NCBI GenBank assembly: GCA_963764165.1
Contig: CAVXRD010000002.1
Coordinates: forward strand, 3,200,001-3,264,000
Length of the DNA: 64,000 nt
Direction: 5' to 3'
DNA from: an uncultured Verrucomicrobiae bacterium
Lineage (GTDB): Bacteria > Verrucomicrobiota > Verrucomicrobiia > Limisphaerales > Palsa-1400
A model generated the notes under the pieces. That model made no database searches, was not told the origin of the DNA, and saw only the letters and a list, made by a program, of their open reading frames with translations. The position numbers and the translations under genes were made by a program. How positions within the stretch are numbered: position 1 is the first letter of the stretch; each line of letters begins with the position of its first letter. This document shows positions 51,932 through 59,418 of the stretch, one piece after another.

Positions 51932-52231
51932 TTATTTCTGGGCAACCAACTGGAGCCGATGAATCTTGGCGTCGGAGAAGAGGCGCTCCGCATTTGCCAC
52001 AAACTCCTTTCCAGCCTCGCCGTTCAAATGAGCCTCGCGGGCGGCTTCATCATTGAAGGTGTCGAAGATTCGATATACTCCGGGTTCGCCTTCGATTTTC
52101 GCCGCGTGCCACGTCACTGTTCCGGATTCGCCACTTACCAGCCTGGCCTCTTCCTTGAGAAAGGCTTCGACTTCCGATTCCTTGCCGGGTTTGGCCTTCA
52201 ATTCCACCAGAAACGCGAATTTAGTGTTCAT
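51932..52231 (-). CDS. ABM-family (putative quinol monooxygenase) small protein
   Basis: LKAKPGKE..ESGTVTW..IFDTFNDEAAREAHLNG. Confidence 0.85.
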   Translation of the reverse strand: MNTKFAFLVELKAKPGKESEVEAFLKEEARLVSGESGTVTWHAAKIEGEPGVYRIFDTFNDEAAREAHLNGEAGKEFVANAERLFSDAKIHRLQLVAQK

Positions 52232-52361
52232 ATTATTTCCTATGCTTTGTGGTTTAGTTCGTTCTGCCGCGCCGTTTCTCGGGCGACGTGATGAGATTAG
52301 CGGGTGTGCTGTTATTGTGGAAATAGTGCTTTATTCTCGCAGTAATAAGATATAACGATTA
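52229..52361 (-). repeat. Conserved leader/promoter, copy 3
   Basis: Same blocks as copies 1 and 2. Confidence 0.85.
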
Positions 52362-53093
52362 CTGCTTCGGCATGCGTTGTCCGGGATCGACCGTGGGCAG
52401 GTAAGCCATGCCGACTTCCCGCGAGACCACTGGCTTCGAGGACAAACAAACCCACCGAAAAGATCTGCCCTCCATACCCGCGACCGGCAGCAAGCCGAGC
52501 GCCTAATTCACGCGCGCAACGAGTCGTCCCGTGGGTTGTTTTAGTGTGTTGACACAATGATTCAGCACCAATGTGTTGGGAGAAACTTGCAACACAGTGC
52601 GACATAAGTGGACAAACCGCGATTTTCCCGAACCGCGTGACTCCTGCTGTGGCTATTCGGCCCAACTCGAAAATACGAGATTCTTACTTCCCGCCGGAAG
52701 AAACCCGTTCGGTCATCTGTTCTCTTCACAATTTTCAAATCTCGACCAGCAGGCCCGGATTAAAAACTCTGCAGCTCTGAGACGGATATTCGAATCGTTA
52801 TGCCGCGCACTTTCTGCGGCAGCACCAATCAATGCCCTCTGCGCCCTGCAACGTTGGAAGAACAAACTTCGGTTGATGGTCGATGATGAATATCCGCCCG
52901 CGACCTTGAGCATTGGGCTATTGACGTTCCCAATTCCCGAGTGTTCAGGCGTTGTTTCACAGGTTTGTTTCTTGCGACCGGGATGTTTTTCTTCTCTCCG
53001 ACCTCCCCAATCAATTTGGCAAAGAAATTTTAATGTGGGCTAGGCCAAAACTTTATCTTCGTGCCGTCTACTATTGGCGTAATTTGTGGGGTT

Positions 53094-53312
53094 ATGCGCC
53101 TCTTCATTGTTGAAGATGAAGTAAAGGGGGCGGAATTCGTAGCTCGCGGATTGCGCGACGAACTCTATGAGGTTGACATAGCCCATGACGGAGAAACGGC
53201 TTGGCGCATGGTTTCCACCACCGATTACGACCTAGTCGTTTCTCGATCCCATGTTGCCGAGATTTATGTGCTGGATTTGAGCTGGGAACGCATGATTAAC
53301 CGGACCTCATAA
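53094..53312 (+). pseudogene. Truncated OmpR/CusR-type response regulator receiver domain
   Basis: MRLFIVEDE..AEFVARGLRDELYEVDIAHDGE....YDLV, then degenerates. Confidence 0.7.
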
Positions 53313-53404
53313 CCAATGACTTCGGTTGGTTGGTTTTCATTACAGGATCTCCTCGTGCCTTCGTTCTGAAAAAAACATCGACTTCACAGCCGCGGTTCCG
53401 GCTT

Positions 53405-54163
53405 TCATCCGCGCCTGGCTCTGGCATGAGATCCCTGTACCGCACAGAATTGATCCAAATCCCTTCTCACGCTGACGTAATGTCGAACCCACCGTCCCAC
53501 GTCCACGCCCAATCGCTTGGCAAGGTTGATCATGGTGTCATTTCCACTCGCATACTCCAAAATTGCGGTGATGCGCAGCGCTGGGTTTTCCAGGAAAGGT
53601 CCGCCAAAGCCGGCGGGGTCTTCGATCTTGTCCGCTTCGATTTCCTTCGCTCGTCTGGCTTTAAGTTCTTCGATCTCTGCTGGCGAGAGCGTCAGCGCTT
53701 TCCTGGCCGGCGTCGATTTGGGGAGCTTTGGAAGCGACCGGAAGGGCCTGGAGTTTCTCGAGGCTGCTTGGCACCACTTATAAACTGCGGAAAGACTGGC
53801 CGTCTTGCCGCTCCAACTTTCGTACCAGACAAGAACGTCCTTCGCGTTGGTAAACTCGTTCCCGAGCTTTCTCTTGAGCTCGCCCAAGCGGTTCGAATTT
53901 AGAAGAGCGTCCCTTCGGAATGTGAAGCCCACCAGTTGGTTATAAAGGCGCGCTCGCACAATCTTGAGGAGGGCAAATACATGCTTGCGCCCACAGCCAG
54001 CCTGGCGCGCGAGGACTTCGGCGCTTAAGCCATGGCCGTTTAGAATCGCGTTGAGAATCGCCTTGCTGGCATTGGTGCGTTCCCCAGCAGGCGTCCCCTG
54101 CTTTTGGCAGAATGACAATGCCTCCTTCACCGAAACCTCTGATATGGAAATCCGACGCGCCAT
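53405..54163 (-). CDS. Hypothetical protein with HTH-like segments
   Basis: 252-aa ORF; SAEVLARQAGCGRKHVFALL looks like an HTH. Confidence 0.45.
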   Translation of the reverse strand: MARRISISEVSVKEALSFCQKQGTPAGERTNASKAILNAILNGHGLSAEVLARQAGCGRKHVFALLKIVRARLYNQLVGFTFRRDALLNSNRLGELKRKLGNEFTNAKDVLVWYESWSGKTASLSAVYKWCQAASRNSRPFRSLPKLPKSTPARKALTLSPAEIEELKARRAKEIEADKIEDPAGFGGPFLENPALRITAILEYASGNDTMINLAKRLGVDVGRWVRHYVSVRRDLDQFCAVQGSHARARRG

Positions 54164-54538
54164 GGGAAGATTATAAGTCCCCTGTTTATAATTTTCAATG
54201 TCTCAAACAGCCGCAACAAGGGGGTCGCAAACGATAAAACGAGCTATGAACGATCAGGTTCAGTGGGGAAAGCAAACGAAACGGCTCCGCGAAATGCCGC
54301 GAGGACGGATTGCCGCCTCGTTGTCGATAATTGATGCGGCGGCCCTCCTGGGTTTGCTGACGCCTCGTGAAAAAGACGGAAAGGAAGGGTCATGAGCGCC
54401 GTCCGTGGCAATTACCCAGCTTCATTGGATTCCGCGAGCAACGCAGAGTTTCTGAAATTGCCACGCCTGCCGGGCCGCGTGAACTCGTGGCAAACAGCGG
54501 CCCTTTTTGGTTTCGACCCATCGCACATTCCCATCCTA

Positions 54539-55361
54539 GGGCCTGTTAACACTAACGTAACGCCTCCACGATGAGCGCGAGGACGACGAATCCGGAGTAC
54601 AACGCATCCAATTTGTCGAAGCGACTGAAGACTCGGCGGTAGCTTTTGAGTCGGCGAAAAAGCCGTTCAATCTCATTGCGGCGTCGGTAAAGGGTTTGGT
54701 CATACTCCCACGGATTTAAGCGTCGGGGGTTAGGAGGAACCACTGGAGCGTAGCCCAATTCCCGCGCCTGTTGCAGAGTCTCGTCCCCTTCATAGGCGCT
54801 GTCCATGATGAGTGGAAGCCCTGCCGGAACCGGCCCGCCCGCCTGCAAAAGCTCGCGTCCTTGCGGCGCGTCCCCCGCCTGGCCGGGGGAAAGCTTGAGC
54901 ATTAAGGCGCACTGGGCATTCGCGGCAACCAGATGAATTTTGGTGGTGCAACCGCCTCGGGAGCGCCCGATGGCCTGTGGGCCGTTTTTTTTAGCGCCCC
55001 GGTGCCGTCGGGGTGAACCTTGATCGTCGTGCTGTCCAAGCAGACTTGCTCGATCCGGATCGCCAGGATTTGCTCCTGCTGGAGCCGGGCGAAGACTCGA
55101 TCCAGCACGCCCGCTTTGCTCCAGCGGTTCATGCGGGTGTAGATCGTATGCCAGTTGCCAAAATGTTTTGGCAGGCCGCGCCATTTGCACCCATGCTCCA
55201 CCACATAGAGCAGGGCGTTGAGAAGTTGCAGATTGGTCATGCTCACGTTGCCGCGCTGCCGCGGCAGACAATCAGCAACCCGCTGATATTGACTCTCTGT
55301 AAGCTCCACCCAGCCATTTTGCCTTGTCGCCTATAAAATGTCAATTAGTGTTAACAGGCCC
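54539..55361 (-). mobile_element. IS5-family insertion sequence (823 bp)
   Basis: 17-bp TIRs gggcctgttaacactaa / ttagtgttaacaggccc. TA duplication (CTAG target). A8 run at 54985-54992. Confidence 0.93.
54552..55309 (-). CDS. IS5-family transposase in two frames (probable programmed frameshift)
   Basis: GCKWRGLPKHFGNWHTIYTR, LDSTTIKVH / GRSRGG.TTKIH, YRRRNEIERLF. Confidence 0.9.
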
Positions 55362-55573
55362 TAGTCCAGGCCAAGCTCCTGAAGCCGATCGGCAGTCCCC
55401 CGACAAACGCGCCCAAATACTTCTTCACCGCTTACGTTCTTCGACTCGCTGCGGATGAACGCTGGATGACGCGCGCCAGCGAAGCGCTCGTGAGTCATTG
55501 GTCCGTCCGAAACCATAATAAGTCAAACAAAAGGAATACGCCTTAACCACCAACTTCCAGCCAGGAAAACCAT

Positions 55574-56662
55574 ATGATCCAAGATTTATCTCAACCCGCC
55601 GCGAACAATAAACCGGTGATTTCACCGGTGCGGCTCTCTGAACTCGTGCTTGATCCAACGATTCAAGCCCGCGTTGAAATCCGCGACGACATCGTCCGCC
55701 AATACGTCGACCGTTTGCAAGCGGGCGATACATTCCCACCACTTGCAGTGTTTCACGTTAGCGCCGAATTCATCCTCGTCGACGGGTATCACCGCTACAG
55801 CGCCGCACTTAAAATCGCTCTTACCACCTTTCCCGCAGAAATCCACGTCGGCAATCGCCACGACGCTCTGATTTTCGGATTAGGCGCCAATGCCGCCCAC
55901 GGCTTGCCACTTTCGGCCGCCGACAAACGGCACGCGGTCCAGATTGCATTGGCACAGTTGCCTGACTGGAGCGATCGTTCCGTTGCTGACATTGTAAAGG
56001 TCAGCCCCGCATTCGTTGGAAAGGTACGAAAACAACTGTTTACGGTAAACAGTTCGCGGCGTATCGGCGCGGATGGCAAGGTTCGGAATCTCCCGGCGAA
56101 AACCAAGAGCAATCGAGCCGACTCGGCGGGATCTGGTGATGCCCTCAAATTTGCAGACGCCAAGACAGATTTAACCACTCGTCTCGAACGGTTCAAATCT
56201 CTCCTTAGCAAAGAGACCTCGTCGCTGGCCCCGCGCGCCGCCATGGACGTCATCCAGCAACTGCGCGGTTTCCTGGAAGAACTCGCTTCCCGTTTGGAGA
56301 GCGCTTCTCCGTCTGAAAATCCCCCAGCGACCCAGAACGACTCCCATCATTCCGAAATGACGGATGGATCTCAGCCGGTTCGTACCAGTTTTACCGGCAT
56401 TGCGATGAAGATTCTCAGCGCCTGCGGAAAACCGATTTCGATGAATGAACTCTGCCTGGCCGCCGAGCCACTTCTCTCGCAAACCGGAACCGCAGGCAAA
56501 ACGCCGATGCAGAGCTTTAAATCCAAAGTCTACGCCGCTGCGAAAGCTGATCCTCGACATGGCGAGTTGGGTAGCCGTCGAACTTCCGCCAAAAGTGTCC
56601 GACTTCCCAGGGCTTGTCGGGATTTTCATCCTGGTCCCAATTCAGAGTGCGAAAAATGGTGA
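55574..56662 (+). CDS. ParB/Srx-like N-terminal domain protein with C-terminal HARE-HTH-like domain (3' end probably rearranged)
   Basis: FPPLAVF..LVDGYHRY, NAAHGLPLS..DKR, WSDRSVA; later AMKILSACGKPISMNEL..TAGKTP. Confidence 0.7.
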   Translation: MIQDLSQPAANNKPVISPVRLSELVLDPTIQARVEIRDDIVRQYVDRLQAGDTFPPLAVFHVSAEFILVDGYHRYSAALKIALTTFPAEIHVGNRHDALIFGLGANAAHGLPLSAADKRHAVQIALAQLPDWSDRSVADIVKVSPAFVGKVRKQLFTVNSSRRIGADGKVRNLPAKTKSNRADSAGSGDALKFADAKTDLTTRLERFKSLLSKETSSLAPRAAMDVIQQLRGFLEELASRLESASPSENPPATQNDSHHSEMTDGSQPVRTSFTGIAMKILSACGKPISMNELCLAAEPLLSQTGTAGKTPMQSFKSKVYAAAKADPRHGELGSRRTSAKSVRLPRACRDFHPGPNSECEKW

Positions 56663-57759
56663 GTGCTGGAGTGCTCATAGATCTGTCCTTTCGTGATGAT
56701 GTTATGTTTGCGGGTCTCAAAGTCTTGGAATGCCGCCGGGATTTCGCGAGTTCTCCACTCCGTCGGCCACTCGTCCCAGTCGCCGCCGTGTCGGTTACCC
56801 AAATGCAGTGGTTGTTCTTTGAAGCAGGGATATTTCCCGAGCTGTTTCAGAAAAAATGCCACGCCCTGGTCGTGGCACTGCTCTCGCAACTGCAACGCCC
56901 ATTCGACCTGAAATGGCGCGGCCAGGACGTCGCTGCCGCCGCCGGTGATCAACCAGTCGATTCCGGCCAGGTCGAGGCGGACCGGGCCAAAGAGCGGTTC
57001 CAACGACAATCCTCGCAGCTTCGCAGGAACGCGGCGAAGTTGATCCACGCGCGCTGCGAACTGTTGGCTGGTGACAGTCGTCATTGCCATCAGATTGTCG
57101 GGCCAGGGGATTCTCTGTTTTGCCAACCATTCGCCAAAGTTCGCCATGCAGGCCGGACGCTTTGTCAACCACAACCAGACGTGCCGGCTCCCGGCCGCTG
57201 AATGGACGTTAGCGATGATTTCGTCGCGAAGAAATTCGAACGCGATGTCATGTGACAACGCATCCCCCATATCCGAAATGAAAATCAGCCGACGCAGTCC
57301 TTGCAGCCAAGGTTTCGCGCTGACTTCCGTCTCTTTGGGCGGCCCCCACGCAGCAGCATCGGCCACGCGTCCCGCATAACGTTTCGGCTGTTCGAAACGG
57401 TCGGCATAACCCTTGTGTCCGGCGCGAGCCGTCCCCAACAAACCCGCGTAACATTTGCATTCGCGTCGGACAGTGTCCACCAGCGCATCGTACAAGTGCG
57501 CGGGTGAATCTGCCCCGGCCCCGCCGCAAAGCGCCTCAGCGACTCCATCGCGATTCTCGTAAATTTCCGAAGTGCTGGACACACCGACAGCCGACAAAGT
57601 CGACATCACATCCTTCGTGTTCGAGATGCACCCCGCGGCTTGAAGCGTTTTATGCAATTTTGCTGCGAGGCTGAATGGCGACGGCCACAGTTCGCAGCCG
57701 TCGCAGCCCATCACGGGATTCACCGTGGAATGGCACCATTGAATTTTTGTTGTCTTCAT
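56626..57759 (-). CDS. DUF5131 (phage Gp37/Gp68-like) family protein
   Basis: TKIQWCHSTVNPVMGC..C, CYA, IFISDMGD, LTKRP, SLEPL, IDWLITGG, AFFLKQLG. Confidence 0.85.
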   Translation of the reverse strand: MKTTKIQWCHSTVNPVMGCDGCELWPSPFSLAAKLHKTLQAAGCISNTKDVMSTLSAVGVSSTSEIYENRDGVAEALCGGAGADSPAHLYDALVDTVRRECKCYAGLLGTARAGHKGYADRFEQPKRYAGRVADAAAWGPPKETEVSAKPWLQGLRRLIFISDMGDALSHDIAFEFLRDEIIANVHSAAGSRHVWLWLTKRPACMANFGEWLAKQRIPWPDNLMAMTTVTSQQFAARVDQLRRVPAKLRGLSLEPLFGPVRLDLAGIDWLITGGGSDVLAAPFQVEWALQLREQCHDQGVAFFLKQLGKYPCFKEQPLHLGNRHGGDWDEWPTEWRTREIPAAFQDFETRKHNIITKGQIYEHSSTHHFSHSELGPG

Positions 57760-57779
57760 GAATTCTGTATTGTTATTGA

Positions 57780-58847
57780 CTATGCAACTTTTGGCACCTC
57801 GGCCTCGGGTTGCAGGGTTACGATTTTGCCTTCAGCGACAGCCTTGCGCCGGGCCTCTTCATACACTTCAAGCGAGCGGATTTCGCCCTGCGCTTTCTTG
57901 GCGTAGGCGCGGTGAACAATTTTTGAACTATGCCCGAGGGCGCGTTGCGCGTAGCGCTCGGGATAGCCGTTGTCGGCCGCGCGTTCGGCCCAGGCGTAAC
58001 GATATGAGTGCAGCGTGATGCCCTCGATGCCGAGGCCATCGCATCGCTGGCCAAACTCGGTGGCGCGATCCGCTTCGCGCACGGTGATCAGGTAGGGGAA
58101 GAGCGGGCCCTGACGCGGTCGGTGCATAATCACTTCCCAGGCCTTGCCGCCAATTTGCGTGCCGCCGAGATGTTTTGTTTTCAACCGATCATAAGCGAAG
58201 CAGCGTTTGCCATAATTGATATCCTCGGCCAGGCGTTGGGCCAGGTCCGATTGGGAAGCGCCGAAGTGCCAGCAGAGTTCGTAAAAGTTACGGCGTTCAG
58301 GATTCTTTTCGCGTTCGATAATGCGCAGGTGTTCCTCCCAAAGGATGGCGCGAGCTTCCTTGTGAACAATCTTCGGGAATTTCTTTTTGGGCAGAATGCG
58401 CGTCGGCAGCCAGCCCATGTCACAGCAGTGATTCTGGAGACGGCGGAGGTAAACATTGGTGCTGACGGTGCCCAGACGCAGCACGGCCAGGAACTCGTCG
58501 GACGTCGTTGAAACGACCACTTTGGGCCGGATCAAATTGAAGGCTTCGTCCTTCATTGCGGTGTTCCATCGGTGCAGGGTGGGGCCGTGTTTGTCTTTCA
58601 CGATGTCCACCATGACGTCATTCCAGGTGCGGGTGCAGAACAGTGGATCGGCAGCCGACAAATACGTCATCCCCATTTGGCGGTTCATGTGGGGATTTCG
58701 AAACGCTTCGTTCCTGGCGTGGACCAGACGCTCGGCTTCCTCTTCATCCTTGGTGCGAAGGCTGGTGCGGACGCCGGTTTCTGTGTCTTCGCAATAAAAG
58801 GTGCCGCCCCGGCTGCCCACCTTCACGGTTCTGAATCTGTTTTTCAC
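57780..58847 (-). CDS. Tyrosine recombinase/integrase
   Basis: N-terminal arm-binding-like RTSLRTKDEEEAERL; LHSYR, LGH, C-terminal catalytic Tyr (HRAYA). GTG start inferred. Confidence 0.88.
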   Translation of the reverse strand: MKNRFRTVKVGSRGGTFYCEDTETGVRTSLRTKDEEEAERLVHARNEAFRNPHMNRQMGMTYLSAADPLFCTRTWNDVMVDIVKDKHGPTLHRWNTAMKDEAFNLIRPKVVVSTTSDEFLAVLRLGTVSTNVYLRRLQNHCCDMGWLPTRILPKKKFPKIVHKEARAILWEEHLRIIEREKNPERRNFYELCWHFGASQSDLAQRLAEDINYGKRCFAYDRLKTKHLGGTQIGGKAWEVIMHRPRQGPLFPYLITVREADRATEFGQRCDGLGIEGITLHSYRYAWAERAADNGYPERYAQRALGHSSKIVHRAYAKKAQGEIRSLEVYEEARRKAVAEGKIVTLQPEAEVPKVA

Positions 58848-59030
58848 AACTGTCACGCTTTCAACATAACAGCCCTGATTCCGAACACTTAACGAGCAGT
58901 GGGCGCCTACGCGCCGAGACGTCAAGCCTACGCCCTGGCTAACGCGCCAGGTGTGCGTTTTGGTGTGCGTTTGGCCATTTTGGCCCCCTTTTTGGCCTTT
59001 TCCGGGGAAAACTCCGAAGGAGTTCCGAGT

Positions 59031-59054
59031 TGGAGGCGAGGGTCGGAATCGAAC
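59031..59054 (-). other. att core: isolated tRNA 3' end (T-arm half to CCA; tRNA-Cys-like)
   Basis: Minus strand GTTCGATTCCGACCCTCGCCTCCA. No 5' tRNA half upstream; ~180 bp from the integrase start. Confidence 0.75.
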
Positions 59055-59105
59055 GAGGAACCCAAACCGTTCCGAGCCTAACACACTCTGTTTCAAGGCA
59101 TACTG

Positions 59106-59226
59106 TAGGTGATTTTCATAGGTGAGTCAAACAACTTTTCTTTGCTCTTTCATAGCCCGCCATTGCTCGCTTACCGCTTATAAATTGCTCCGCAGGTGAA
59201 GATTTAGGTGAAGAATCCGGTGAAAC
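59106..59226 (+). repeat. Five (a)GGTGA direct repeats, candidate integrase arm sites
   Basis: taggtga at 59106 and 59119; aggtgaaga at 59194 and 59206; cggtgaaac at 59218 (12-bp period). Confidence 0.5.
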
Positions 59227-59418
59227 TTTTCCCAACCGCTCTCCAGAATTCCGTCGCTAATCAAACTTTTTGGTTGCAACTGTGGCGAACTTGATTTAGA
59301 AAATCCGCCGAAAGCCACCTGTGGCAGCGATGGCGGGAGTATAATCCCGTAGCTGTTGAACGCAGGCGGCTTTTTTGCTGCCTGCATCCAGACGAAATGA
59401 TTAACCGAAAGGTTCGTT

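Larger units (their letters stand above)
54392..55546 (+). pseudogene. Small HTH/excisionase-like protein interrupted by IS5; paralog of 62152..62478
   Basis: Removing the IS restores LPGRVNSWQTAALFGFDPSHIPIL|VQAKLLKPIGSPPTNAPKYF..LRLAADERWM..*. Confidence 0.8.

Noticed and set aside
52370..53050. ORFs or ncRNA in this intergenic stretch
   Set aside because: No motif, family resemblance or convincing structure; probably decayed DNA.
59031..59105. Complete tRNA gene
   Set aside because: Only the 24-nt 3' end is present; no D or anticodon arm, so treated as an att core.
59235..59360. Canonical guanidine-I, cobalamin or NiCo riboswitch
   Set aside because: Key consensus blocks not found by eye; kept only as an unclassified structured leader.
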